64,000 bases of DNA, from assembly GCA_964613395.1 (NCBI GenBank), contig CAZTGO010000002.1, positions 71,366-135,365 of the forward strand. The letters run 5' to 3'. The stretch's first letter is position 1. Every line of letters begins with the position of its first letter. The notes under the pieces were generated by a model, which made no database searches, was not told where the DNA came from, and saw only the letters and a list, made by a program, of their open reading frames with translations. A program made the translations under genes and the position numbers. This DNA comes from an uncultured Candidatus Poseidoniales archaeon. GTDB lineage: Archaea; Thermoplasmatota; Poseidoniia; Poseidoniales; Poseidoniaceae. Positions 20,111 through 30,073 of this stretch are shown here, in pieces.

Positions 20111-23100
20111 ATGGGATTGTATCTTAAATCGGTTGAAGTGGAAAATTTCAAGTCTTTCAAGGGAGAAGTCTCAATACCACTTGACCGAGGTTTTACTGCA
20201 ATCACAGGTCCAAATGGCTCTGGGAAATCGAATTGCGGTGATGCAATACAATTTGTTCTCGGCCCTAAATCCAATCGTGTGATTCGGGCTCAAAATGTCA
20301 AAGATCTCATCTTCAACGGTGGGAAAAATTCGAAGCCAGCAAGGCAATGTAAGGTGACTTTAAAATTTGCAAATCCAAAAATGATGGACGGGCGACGTCG
20401 ATTAGCACTTGACTTTGATGAGGTTGAGATGACGAGAGAAGTGCGCCTCACCTCTTCCAACAATGCGGTAACAACATACCTTCTCAACGGTGAAGAAAGT
20501 TCACAAAAATCGTTTCATCGTATTTTGACATCGGCTAATGCGAGGCCAGATGGTTACAACATTGTGCTACAAGGCGACGTAACAAGTTTAGCAAAAATGA
20601 CAGCGATCGAAAGGAGAAAAGTTCTCGACGGTGTAGCTGGAGTCACCCTATACGATGATGAGATTCGAAAAGGTGGAAAACAAAAAGAAAAAGTCGAGGC
20701 TTACATTGAGCGAATCGAACTGCTTCAAAAAGAACAACTTTCGAGACTAAACACACTGAAAGAAGAAAAGAAGGTTGCAGAGAAGGCAAAAGCGGTTATT
20801 GACTCTATCCATGAAACAAAAAAATTACTTCTCCAATCAAGATATCTAACATCGAAAAATGAAGTTGAGTTCCAAGTCGCTGAACGACAACGATACTATG
20901 ATTCCGAAAAGCAACTCCGAAATCTTCACATTGAAACGATGCAAACGGTTCAACAACTTGATGACCAGGTGTCAGAACTACAAAAGCAAATCAATGAAAT
21001 TCTTGGAGGCGAGGATAACAAAATCAACATGATTATCCAAGATTTACATGTGAGCATTGCTCGGATTAGTGATAAAACAGACGCACTGCATGAGCAATCC
21101 GATGAAGATGAAATTGAAATCAAATATATCGATGAAGAATTGATCGGTGCAGAAAAAGAACTCGCTGATTTTACAGCCGAGTTGTCAAAAGCAGAAGAAC
21201 TTCTTACCGAAGCCTTGAACCAACTTCACATTGCTCAAAATGAAAAGATTGAATTGGATGAAGCCCTATCACAAATTGGTCAACAACATCAATCATTAGC
21301 CAAGGCCTTAGAGGATACAGAGGCTCAAGTCGACCTTTGCCAAGGCACTGTGCAAAAGGCTCAATCTGAAGTCGACAAAATTGCTACACAAGTTGAACTC
21401 CTACATGAAGAACTGGCAATTTCAAAAGAAGAACTTGAAAAGAATCAAATCGCTTTAGGTGAAATTGAACTTCAGGAAGAAGATTTGAAGGACGAGGCAC
21501 CACAATTCGACCGTGAAGCACTTTCAAAGCGATTGATTGAATCTCAAAATGCTGAATCAAAATTGGTTGAAGAGATCGCCCTCATTGAATCAAAATTACG
21601 AGATTCAGAGAGAAAATTGTTTACTGCCCGCCAAGAATTAGAATCAAAATCAGGTTCAAAGGGATTAGTCGGTGGTGCGAGTTCGGTCATCTCTGCTCGA
21701 GATAAAGGTGAATTGCCTGGAATTATCGGAACAATTGCTGAACTGTGTGCTCCAAAGAACCCTGCTCATGAAAATGCACTTGGTACTGCTATAGGCGGTG
21801 GTATGACCTCGGTGGTAGTTGAAAGCGATGAAGATGCTGCACGAGCAATTCGATGGCTAAACGAAAAGAAGGCTGGTCGTGCCACCTTCCTCCCATTGAA
21901 TAAATTAACAAACACTCGAGCACTTGGAAAATCTCTTATCGTGGCTAAGAAAGATGGTGTTGTGGGCTTTGCCCATGATTTACTCGATTTTGACCCAAGG
22001 ATTGAGATTGCTGTTCGGTATGTTTTGCGAAACACACTCATCGTCGACAATCTATCGACGGCGAGAAAGCACATGGGTGGAGTTCGTTTGGTTACGCTTC
22101 AAGGTGATGTTACCGATGCAGGAGGGGCAATGGTCGGTGGTTCAAGGCGAAAACTTCCAGTTACTTTTGGAGGAAAAATTCAGGGGGCGTCCGAAGTTGA
22201 CAAATTAACCAATGAGGTTGACCGCTTGCAATTGATGGCAGATACCGTTACAGCAGCTCTTCTAGAAGCACGATCAATACAAAAAGAAGTGAGGCAGCAA
22301 ATCAATCAAGTCGTAGAAAATGATTTTACAGAACGAGTCCAAACGCTTCGTGCAGAAAAGAAACAATTGAAACACTTGTTAACGAACGCTCAATCAAAAC
22401 ATGAGAAGTTAGAGAACAGATTACAAGAACTTCATGGTCAAGCAGAATCAGCCTTACAAGGACTTGACTCTGCACAGATTGCACTTGATGAAAGCAAAAG
22501 TCAACGAGAACAAGCATCCAAGGCTCTCCAAGACGCAAGTCCTGAACAACTTCGAGTCCGAATCCATGAAAACGAACTCTTGATGGTTTCCGCTGAAAGT
22601 CAGAAATCTCAAGCGGAGAGTTCGCTTGAAAAAGGGGGTTCTCACCAGCAAATTTTGCAACGACGGGTCGATGAATTAAGCAATAGAAGGGCCAAACTTT
22701 CATCAAATGTAGAACAAATTAAATTGGATTTGATAAAACTTCAAGATGAAAAAGAAACGCTTGAGGTCCAACTTGTTGCAAAAGAAGAAGAACGTGCTGA
22801 ATTCCTTTCTGAGCATAAAGAATTGGAAGATTCGAGAATGGAACTTGTTGAATTGAGAGGTCAAAAGAAATCTCTTGCAGAGCAACAATTGGAAAATGCA
22901 AATCAACACCGAAGATTAGCTGATGACATCAATCGTACAATCATGGACCGAGTCCGAGAGCGAGATGAAATGTTGGAGGCAATGCTCGAGGATGGTTTGT
23001 CGGAGGATGAATTACCAGAATCAGTTCCAAATGTAGGCGAACTCGAACGGAAATTACGTTCTCTTGACAAAAAGTTGGATGAATTTGGAGCAGTAAATAT

Positions 23101-23998
23101 GCATGCAATCGAGCAATACAATGAGGTCGAAGAGCGATTAAATCTCATGAAAGACGATTTTGCATCATTGCAGTCCCGTCGAAAAGAACTCATTCAACTC
23201 ACAGAACAATTAGAAGAACAGCGTAAAGACCGATTGCTCAAAGTTTTGAAAGAAGTGAATAAAAATTTCAAAGAAGCATACAAGATACTCTCTGATGGTG
23301 GCCGAGGGGAACTATTCCTCGAATCGCCTGATGACCCATTCAAAGGTGGATTGGAGTTGTGGGCTCAGCCAAGAGGAAAGTCAGAGAAGGTGAATCGTCA
23401 TCAATTATCCGGCGGTGAACAATCAATGGCTGCATTAGCCCTTATTTTCGCAATCCAAGATTATGATCCGAGTCCATTCTATTATTTCGATGAAGTCGAT
23501 CAAAACCTCGATGCATATAACGCTGAGAGAATTGCAAAGATGTGCAGGGCTCGTAGCCAAAAAGCCCAATTCATCATGGTGACATTACGAAAAGTTTCAT
23601 TGATGCTCGCAGACCACCACATTGGTATTACTCACGGTGGCGATGGATGTAGTCGACGAATACTCGATTTCGACCGAGAACGAGCAATAGAAATCGGAGA
23701 GAAACACTTCGTTGAGTCTCCAAACGATGCTAAAATCAATGAAACGAGGATGCTTGAAGCCGAAAATGTTGAGTCTTCAATGCCAAGAATACCTGAGGAG
23801 TTGCCACCTCCAACAAGTTTGGGTGGATTACTGTCACATCTTGAACCCACAACTGAGAGTGGTCTCGAGCATCTCTCAGAGCGTGCTTCAGAAATGACTG
23901 AGGAGATTGAAGAAACACAAGAATACCTTCAATCTTTAAGAGAAGTGGATGTCGAAACAGAACAAATTGACGAAGAATCCATTGAAGTTGAAGAATAG
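20111..23998 (+). CDS. smc: Chromosome segregation protein SMC
   Basis: GGAGGG RBS before ATG 20111. MGLYLKSVEVENFKSF...GPNGSGKSN is Walker A. Long coiled coils with a hinge. LSGGEQS is the signature motif and YYFDEVDQNLD is Walker B. Confidence 0.95.
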   Translation: MGLYLKSVEVENFKSFKGEVSIPLDRGFTAITGPNGSGKSNCGDAIQFVLGPKSNRVIRAQNVKDLIFNGGKNSKPARQCKVTLKFANPKMMDGRRRLALDFDEVEMTREVRLTSSNNAVTTYLLNGEESSQKSFHRILTSANARPDGYNIVLQGDVTSLAKMTAIERRKVLDGVAGVTLYDDEIRKGGKQKEKVEAYIERIELLQKEQLSRLNTLKEEKKVAEKAKAVIDSIHETKKLLLQSRYLTSKNEVEFQVAERQRYYDSEKQLRNLHIETMQTVQQLDDQVSELQKQINEILGGEDNKINMIIQDLHVSIARISDKTDALHEQSDEDEIEIKYIDEELIGAEKELADFTAELSKAEELLTEALNQLHIAQNEKIELDEALSQIGQQHQSLAKALEDTEAQVDLCQGTVQKAQSEVDKIATQVELLHEELAISKEELEKNQIALGEIELQEEDLKDEAPQFDREALSKRLIESQNAESKLVEEIALIESKLRDSERKLFTARQELESKSGSKGLVGGASSVISARDKGELPGIIGTIAELCAPKNPAHENALGTAIGGGMTSVVVESDEDAARAIRWLNEKKAGRATFLPLNKLTNTRALGKSLIVAKKDGVVGFAHDLLDFDPRIEIAVRYVLRNTLIVDNLSTARKHMGGVRLVTLQGDVTDAGGAMVGGSRRKLPVTFGGKIQGASEVDKLTNEVDRLQLMADTVTAALLEARSIQKEVRQQINQVVENDFTERVQTLRAEKKQLKHLLTNAQSKHEKLENRLQELHGQAESALQGLDSAQIALDESKSQREQASKALQDASPEQLRVRIHENELLMVSAESQKSQAESSLEKGGSHQQILQRRVDELSNRRAKLSSNVEQIKLDLIKLQDEKETLEVQLVAKEEERAEFLSEHKELEDSRMELVELRGQKKSLAEQQLENANQHRRLADDINRTIMDRVRERDEMLEAMLEDGLSEDELPESVPNVGELERKLRSLDKKLDEFGAVNMHAIEQYNEVEERLNLMKDDFASLQSRRKELIQLTEQLEEQRKDRLLKVLKEVNKNFKEAYKILSDGGRGELFLESPDDPFKGGLELWAQPRGKSEKVNRHQLSGGEQSMAALALIFAIQDYDPSPFYYFDEVDQNLDAYNAERIAKMCRARSQKAQFIMVTLRKVSLMLADHHIGITHGGDGCSRRILDFDRERAIEIGEKHFVESPNDAKINETRMLEAENVESSMPRIPEELPPPTSLGGLLSHLEPTTESGLEHLSERASEMTEEIEETQEYLQSLREVDVETEQIDEESIEVEE

Positions 23999-24011
23999 AA
24001 CAGGTGAGTGG

Positions 24012-25166
24012 ATGGAAAAACAAGCAGCACTTGACAGATGGTTCCTTCGACAGGACATCATCGACAAATTGGTTGCTGTTGGAGAGGATTCGGCATCTGC
24101 ATCTGATTTTTCTGATCGAATTATGGCTTTCGCAAGCCTCGAAGAAGCAGAATATCAAACACTAACCGATCCTTTTGACAGGTCTGTAGCACTCGTGTTT
24201 TCACTCGTCAAAGAAGAACAATTCAACGCTTGGAATATCAACCTTGAGTCATTTTTGAAAGAATTTACGACGCGTGTGAAGCAGGATGCAAAGGCATTGG
24301 ATTTACCTGCCTGCGGCCGCCTCATTCGAATGTCATGGGAAGTTTTGCATCATCAATCATCAGAATTATTTGACAAAATACAGTATTCAGAGGAAGAGGT
24401 TGAAGATGAAGATATGCACTTTACCTGGCAGGAAGAATATGTTGACGATGATTATTTGTTTACTCAAACAGTCCTCGAGGGGAAAAGCGAAGAATTTCTA
24501 CCTCAATTCTTTGATGGCAGAATACGACGTCAAGAAGGTCGAAATGTCACATTAGCAGAATTGCTTGCTGCATTCAAGGATGCTGCAGATGATGCAGAAA
24601 TGGTCAAGCAGCGTGATGAGATGCGTATTTTGAACAAGGCAGAACTTGACCAGTACATGTCAAATGTTGATGGGAGAATGCATAATGAAGACCTTGAAGG
24701 TGATATTTTACGCTCCTGGCAAGCCATTCGAGGTATTAGCAAATCTCGGGAAACTACAAAAGTTGCGATAAATGAAGTGATAGATGACCTCTACCAGTTG
24801 AGTGAGAAGCATGAAGATAGTCAATTGGAAGCGAAGGTTAGCGCGTTCATTTCGGGTCTTTTTTTAACCCACAGAGGTTTCATTTCAATCTCGCAGTCTA
24901 GTGAGTCAGAACCTATTTACTTTGAAGATTTACATCCGAATATCGATGATTTCGATACCATTCTTCATGTGACAAAATCGATGATGGATGACGCATCAGA
25001 AGAAATCGCTTCAAACAAAACAGGGCAGGAAATCTATCTTGAAAAATTAGCAAAACGTGCAGAAGAGCAACGATTGAAAGAAGAGAGAAAACGATTGAAA
25101 GATCAGAAAATCGATGAAACGGAGAACGAACACTCTATGCTCGATGAGGATTGGTTGGTGGAATAA
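24012..25166 (+). CDS. scpA: Segregation and condensation protein A (kleisin)
   Basis: Lies between smc and scpB. ALVFSLVKEEQFNAWNINLESFLKEF resembles the ScpA N-terminal motif (LL.LI...E.D.W.I.I). ATG 24012 follows AGGTGAG. The acidic C-terminal half is longer than usual. Confidence 0.7.
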   Translation: MEKQAALDRWFLRQDIIDKLVAVGEDSASASDFSDRIMAFASLEEAEYQTLTDPFDRSVALVFSLVKEEQFNAWNINLESFLKEFTTRVKQDAKALDLPACGRLIRMSWEVLHHQSSELFDKIQYSEEEVEDEDMHFTWQEEYVDDDYLFTQTVLEGKSEEFLPQFFDGRIRRQEGRNVTLAELLAAFKDAADDAEMVKQRDEMRILNKAELDQYMSNVDGRMHNEDLEGDILRSWQAIRGISKSRETTKVAINEVIDDLYQLSEKHEDSQLEAKVSAFISGLFLTHRGFISISQSSESEPIYFEDLHPNIDDFDTILHVTKSMMDDASEEIASNKTGQEIYLEKLAKRAEEQRLKEERKRLKDQKIDETENEHSMLDEDWLVE

Positions 25167-25753
25167 TGGAATCAAATGAAGAGATTCCCCTCGAAACTTT
25201 GCTTGAAGCAACGATGTTTGGTGCAGGTCGATCGATGTCAGTCACAGAATTATGCGAATCATTAGGTTATGATGAAGAAGAGATGCTTGATTCACTCAGT
25301 GCACTACAAGCAACACTTCGACGAAGGCGGTACGGAGCATTACAACTTTCTGAAATCGGTCAAATGTGGGCTTTGGAAGTTAAACCTTCAATCACACAAT
25401 TGCTTCCAAAGGACGTCAAAACTGATATGCCTCAAAAGTTATTGAAAGCAGCATCACTTATCGCATATCATCAACCTATTCCTCAATCCAGATTGGTTGA
25501 AATGCTTGGGCCTAAAGCGTATGATTATGTTCGAGAATTAGCTCAAGCTGGGATGGTTGATCGACGTAAAGATGGTCAAACTCGACGTTTGACAACGACT
25601 CGGAGGTTTGCGGAACTTTTTGGCTGCCCTGAAACAGATAAAAAGAAGGTAAGGGATTGGTTTAGGGAGAAAGTAAAATCTTCAGGAATCCTAGATTCAT
25701 TGCAACCTGAACACTTGGTCTTACAAGAAAATGAAGATGAAGAAGAAAACTAA
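25166..25753 (+). CDS. scpB: Segregation and condensation protein B
   Basis: LLEATMFGAGRSMSVTELCESLG is the ScpB wHTH N-terminus. The start ATG overlaps the scpA stop (TAATG). Confidence 0.8.
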   Translation: MESNEEIPLETLLEATMFGAGRSMSVTELCESLGYDEEEMLDSLSALQATLRRRRYGALQLSEIGQMWALEVKPSITQLLPKDVKTDMPQKLLKAASLIAYHQPIPQSRLVEMLGPKAYDYVRELAQAGMVDRRKDGQTRRLTTTRRFAELFGCPETDKKKVRDWFREKVKSSGILDSLQPEHLVLQENEDEEEN

Positions 25754-27051
25754 TTTTGCCTCATTTCATTGAGTAAATCGTTCACTAAAGTTTGTGTAAT
25801 CTGCTCTTTTTGAGTGTGAATCCGATGAACCAATTCATCAATTTCATGCTCAAGAGCACCTGATGTCATGGCCATATTTTTAACATGTAACTTCATATGC
25901 CCTTTTTGAATTCCATCAGTGGCCAGTGCACGCATAGCTCCTAGATTTTGAGCCAGTCCTGCACTCACCATGATGCCGGCGAGTTGACTGGCTGATTCGA
26001 TTCCTAAAATTTTCAGATTTGTCATGGCAGCCGGATGTACTTTTGAAGCACCACCTACGATGCCAACAGCAATTGGCACTTCGATTGAACCAACCAAATT
26101 TCCATCATCATCCACCGACCACGTTGACATCGAAGTGTATTGGCCGCTAATCGAGGCGTATGCGTGGCATCCTGCTTCAATCGCTCTCCAATCTTGGCCA
26201 CATGCTACAGCAATGCTACTGATGGCATTCATGATCCCTTTGTTATGCGTAGTGGCCCTGTATGGATCGCCTTTTGCGAAGAGGTAAGCTTCCATGACTT
26301 TCTCAATGACTTCGATTCCAGATTCAACAGTACCGTCTTGACCCATGTCCTGAGGTGTGAAAATGGCTTTTGAGCGTGCGAGTCGATGGGTTGCTAGATT
26401 CGATAGAATCTTGAGATGAGCCCTGCCGTTTGTCAGTGATTCGAGAAATGGTGCAATTCTCTCGACCATCGAATTGACAGCGTTTGCACCCATGGCATCT
26501 TGGCAGTTGATGTGGAGGTGGACAATGACCATATCCAATCCATCCACTGAGAGACTTTTGCAGGTAATATCTTTACATCCCCCGCCCAATGCAATCATTT
26601 TTGATTGGACGTCATTTGCTTTGTCGATGATATCTTGCTTTGATTTTAGAATCACATGAATCGCTTCATTTCTGTCTTCTAGGTCAAGCAATTGTATTTG
26701 TCCAATCATCACAGGTGGGTCAATATCTGTTTGGAAACCACCGGTTGACCGACATCGCTTTGCTATATTCGATGCGGCAGCAACAATACTTGACTCCTCG
26801 ACACAAAATGGGATGACGTATTCCTGCTCGTCGATAAGGAAGTTTGTTGCAATGCCAACTGGAAGAGACATTGTGCCAATCACATTTTCTATCATGTTGT
26901 CAGCTTTATCTTGAGTTAATCCATTCTCGACATCGAAAACGGCTAAATCCTCCATGCTAATGCCAGTTCGTTGTGAAATCGCTTCCTTTCTTTCGTGAAT
27001 AGTTTTGTTGTACAAACCAGGGATTCGGCTGTTGTCAACTGGCATGCCCAT
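25750..27051 (-). CDS. hmgA: Hydroxymethylglutaryl-CoA reductase, class II
   Basis: ENVIGTMSLPVGIATNF, VIPFCVEESSIVAAASN and INCQDAMGANAVN are class II HMGR signatures. 433 aa. Confidence 0.9.
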   Translation of the reverse strand: MGMPVDNSRIPGLYNKTIHERKEAISQRTGISMEDLAVFDVENGLTQDKADNMIENVIGTMSLPVGIATNFLIDEQEYVIPFCVEESSIVAAASNIAKRCRSTGGFQTDIDPPVMIGQIQLLDLEDRNEAIHVILKSKQDIIDKANDVQSKMIALGGGCKDITCKSLSVDGLDMVIVHLHINCQDAMGANAVNSMVERIAPFLESLTNGRAHLKILSNLATHRLARSKAIFTPQDMGQDGTVESGIEVIEKVMEAYLFAKGDPYRATTHNKGIMNAISSIAVACGQDWRAIEAGCHAYASISGQYTSMSTWSVDDDGNLVGSIEVPIAVGIVGGASKVHPAAMTNLKILGIESASQLAGIMVSAGLAQNLGAMRALATDGIQKGHMKLHVKNMAMTSGALEHEIDELVHRIHTQKEQITQTLVNDLLNEMRQN

Positions 27052-27114
27052 TCCTCTAATCGTCTGGTGAATGTCTTGTCATTTCAAGACGACGGAATGA
27101 ATTTTTGTGCGGGA

Positions 27115-27204
27115 TTAACGCGTTATTTTTGTGTTAGTAAAGTGTTAATGACGCGTTAATGCAACTCAAAAAAAGCAATTGGTCACTGCCTTAACGCATT
27201 ATAA
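27115..27204. promoter_or_regulatory. Three TTAACGCGTTAA-type palindromic boxes in the hmgA / Orc-like divergent intergenic region, followed by a TATA-like box
   Basis: TTAACGCGTTA at 27115-27125 has a perfect 10-bp palindrome core. TTAATGACGCGTTAAT lies at 27145-27160 and TTAACGCATTATAA at 27191-27204. Centre-to-centre spacings are 33 and 43 bp. AATATATAC at 27237-27245 lies about 22-30 nt before ATG 27267, which would give a leaderless-type start. Confidence 0.4.
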
Positions 27205-27266
27205 CACATAGGCTGAGGTCGAAATTTGATAGAAAGAATATATACTACAATTGTTGATGCTGATAT

Positions 27267-29015
27267 ATGGCTAGAGTTTGGCGACATCTCCAACTCCCTC
27301 ATGTTCATCAGAACCCATTTTCGATACGACCCCTCTCGGCAGAAGACTCAAATTTATTTGTTGGACGTCAGGATTTGCTTTCGTTGTTCAAACAGTTTAT
27401 CTTAAGAAAATCGTCTCGACAAATATTACTCGTTGGACCATATGGTTCTGGACGCTCTTCTTTAGTTCAATGTTTAGAACCAATCGTTTCACTATCGGCA
27501 TACATCGATCATCTCAATGCTATGCATCCCGGGCATAGTTTGCTTCAATCAGTGTATTCACAATTCTTCGAATCCGAACCTCCGCAGACAAGAAGCGAAG
27601 TGACGAGTGCACTGGTTAATGCTTCGTTCACATCAGATAGGGCTCCTTTAATCGTTCTTGATTTTCAATCAAGTGACACATCGACGCTTCATGTCGCCCT
27701 AAGAGATGCATTCGGTGTTCTTGAGAGGACACAAGCTCTTGTCATCATGATCTGCGACCAGAGGCAGCGTCAATTGTTACCTGTTGAATTGGCACAACCG
27801 TTTGAAGAATTTACAATGCCTCGTTTCAACCAAAATGATGTGATTCAACTTGTTGCAACTCGACTTGAATCTATTGGATATCCTCATTTTGAATTAAGTG
27901 TAGAGGCTGCAAATGAGGTGCTTGAAGTGACAGATGGTTACCCCAGAAGTATCCTACAATTGCTTCGCAATCATGTCGATGACCAGCACAGAGAATCAGG
28001 TCATGAAATGTTATACAAACCGATACAGAGTGAATTTGATGCGAAGCCAGAGTTGAGAAATGAACCTGATATGTTGCACAAATTCATGGGGCATGGTCAA
28101 GAAGAAGTTGAAGAACAACGAACAGATTCGGTTGAAATGTTAAGTGAACGTAAGCCAGATAATATCATTGATGCTTCTGTACCTTGGCATGAACGAGATT
28201 CACTCCTCAGTTCTCAGGACAGTCAATTCTTTGATTTGGACCTCGATGAATTAAAACAAGACATCGAACATGATGAACCGCTCTTGGCGTCACCCTCTGT
28301 CGGCTCGTTTGCACATGAGGTCCCTGAAGACCCACCAAGAGTGTTCACAGGTGCATTCAAGAGCCTGAGAAGTCGAAACATTTCGGCGCTTGAAGAAGAG
28401 AAAAATGTCACAAATGAGGAAAGAATATTAGAATCAGATGAAGAATTTGAATTAACAACCTCGATATTTGAACCATCTCAAATTGAGGATCATGTGCAAA
28501 ATACCTTTGAATTTCAAGGCGATGAAACCGAAAGTAATCTTGACGACGACCACGTTATCGAGCAAGTCGAACCTCAATTTGGCCAGCCTTCAAATCCTCA
28601 ATCTACTGAAATTTCAACATTGATTGGACTCTTGCAAGGCCTCATTCAGTCCAATCAAGAAAACGATGCAGTGCTGCCAGCTCACGTCATCGAGATGTTG
28701 TCTCGGCACCACATGCCGAAATTGGGTCATAGGAATGAGTATCCGTTGAATGGAATGGCACTTCAGCGATTGTCATCCACCGAAATCTATGTGGTCACTA
28801 TTGCGAGCAAGCGAATGTTTTCACCCTCTGATGAAGAAATGCTTCGTCATTTGAACATTCGACGCTCGAGGTTATCACAAATTTCAAACTCGCTTCTTAA
28901 AGCAGGAATACTGACCTCAAGAATGGTTGGAAGAAAGAGTATGTATACACTTACAAACAATGCTAGGGCACAGTTAGTTGTATGGTCGAACGCAAAAGGA
29001 GGTGCTGCAGAATGA
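27267..29015 (+). CDS. Divergent Orc1/Cdc6-like AAA+ protein with Walker A Lys->Arg, acidic disordered linker and C-terminal winged-helix HTH
   Basis: FVGRQDLLSLFKQFIL...LLVGPYGSGRSSL has GxxGxGRS in place of GK[ST]. LIVLDFQ sits at the Walker B position. DGYPRSILQLLRN parallels sensor 2 GDARR..(L)L of Orc1/Cdc6. About 220 aa of Glu/Asp/Ser/Gln-rich linker follows. The C-terminus LNIRRSRLSQISNSLLKAGILTSRMVGRKSMYTLT is wHTH-like. Confidence 0.6.
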   Translation: MARVWRHLQLPHVHQNPFSIRPLSAEDSNLFVGRQDLLSLFKQFILRKSSRQILLVGPYGSGRSSLVQCLEPIVSLSAYIDHLNAMHPGHSLLQSVYSQFFESEPPQTRSEVTSALVNASFTSDRAPLIVLDFQSSDTSTLHVALRDAFGVLERTQALVIMICDQRQRQLLPVELAQPFEEFTMPRFNQNDVIQLVATRLESIGYPHFELSVEAANEVLEVTDGYPRSILQLLRNHVDDQHRESGHEMLYKPIQSEFDAKPELRNEPDMLHKFMGHGQEEVEEQRTDSVEMLSERKPDNIIDASVPWHERDSLLSSQDSQFFDLDLDELKQDIEHDEPLLASPSVGSFAHEVPEDPPRVFTGAFKSLRSRNISALEEEKNVTNEERILESDEEFELTTSIFEPSQIEDHVQNTFEFQGDETESNLDDDHVIEQVEPQFGQPSNPQSTEISTLIGLLQGLIQSNQENDAVLPAHVIEMLSRHHMPKLGHRNEYPLNGMALQRLSSTEIYVVTIASKRMFSPSDEEMLRHLNIRRSRLSQISNSLLKAGILTSRMVGRKSMYTLTNNARAQLVVWSNAKGGAAE

Positions 29016-30073
29016 CCTGGAAAATTTCATGGTCCTGGCAGGCGCCTTCTCGGATTGCTTCCATCCTTGCAGTCGATGAAGGAATTATCGTCAGTTCAGG
29101 TCTTCAATTGACATATTTAGACGCCGCTGGAAAGGTGACATGGACAACCAATGTCCCATTCAAAGTACATGGTATGGCTGCTCAAACTGGCAACGTAGGT
29201 GTTCTTTTAGCACATGGTTTCTACATTTACTCTCTCACTACTTCGAAGCAAATCACGGATGGAAGAAGCACCCCATCTGGATTCAAGGAGATTATTGCTA
29301 GGCCCGGAGGCGGATGGGTACTCTCCTGTCGAAAAGGACAATTGCATCTATTCTCACAAGAGGGGCGAGGAATTCGTAGGATGGAAAGCGGTCCGGTCCG
29401 AAGGTTGCTTGGATGGCTTGACCGAGAACATTTGCTATGGCAAGATAACGATGGTATCATTTGGTGTGGCCGCTTAACAGGAAATGACAAAAAGAGAATG
29501 CTGGAGGACAGAACTTGGAGTTGGCTTTCCTCATTGTATGATGGACGTTTGTTGCTCCAGAGCAGCGATGGAGCTGTGTGGGAAGGTGTCCCTCATCCAT
29601 TTGGCTGGGATAAGTTGGAATGTCTTGAAACAATGTCTATCGAGCCAATGAATTCTGTACGCACAGGCGATGGTTGGTGGACATTATCACTCCATGGTGA
29701 TCTTCATCATTTAGGCAACATTGAATCGGATGAACTTGAGCAAACATCAATACTTGGGAAAGACATGGAGTTAGGCGATCTTCTTTCAAACAATGTTGGC
29801 GATTCAATGTTTACTGCTACCCGTGAAGGATTGGTTCGAAAATGGGTGGCTCCTCATTTATTTGATGTTGAACGCCAAAGCCGATACAAAGCTGCTGCAG
29901 ATGCTGCCATGGCAAGAAATTGGGAAAAACGAAGGCAGATGTTCACCAGAGCACAAGAAGCAGAGGATCTGGGTAAGATTTCACTCGCCATTGAATTGTA
30001 TGAAGCATTGGGCCGAAAAGAGGATGTGAAACGCTTACTTTCAAGACAGAAAGGAGACGATATCGATGATTGA
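29012..30073 (+). CDS. Beta-propeller-like repeat protein with C-terminal helical tail
   Basis: AAGGAGGTG RBS; ATG 29012 overlaps the upstream stop (ATGA). Trp/Gly-containing units of about 40-50 aa recur: GKVTWTT, GGGWVLS, DGIIWCG, DGAVWEG, GDGWWTL, EGLVRKW. The fold call is tentative. Confidence 0.45.
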   Translation: MTWKISWSWQAPSRIASILAVDEGIIVSSGLQLTYLDAAGKVTWTTNVPFKVHGMAAQTGNVGVLLAHGFYIYSLTTSKQITDGRSTPSGFKEIIARPGGGWVLSCRKGQLHLFSQEGRGIRRMESGPVRRLLGWLDREHLLWQDNDGIIWCGRLTGNDKKRMLEDRTWSWLSSLYDGRLLLQSSDGAVWEGVPHPFGWDKLECLETMSIEPMNSVRTGDGWWTLSLHGDLHHLGNIESDELEQTSILGKDMELGDLLSNNVGDSMFTATREGLVRKWVAPHLFDVERQSRYKAAADAAMARNWEKRRQMFTRAQEAEDLGKISLAIELYEALGRKEDVKRLLSRQKGDDIDD

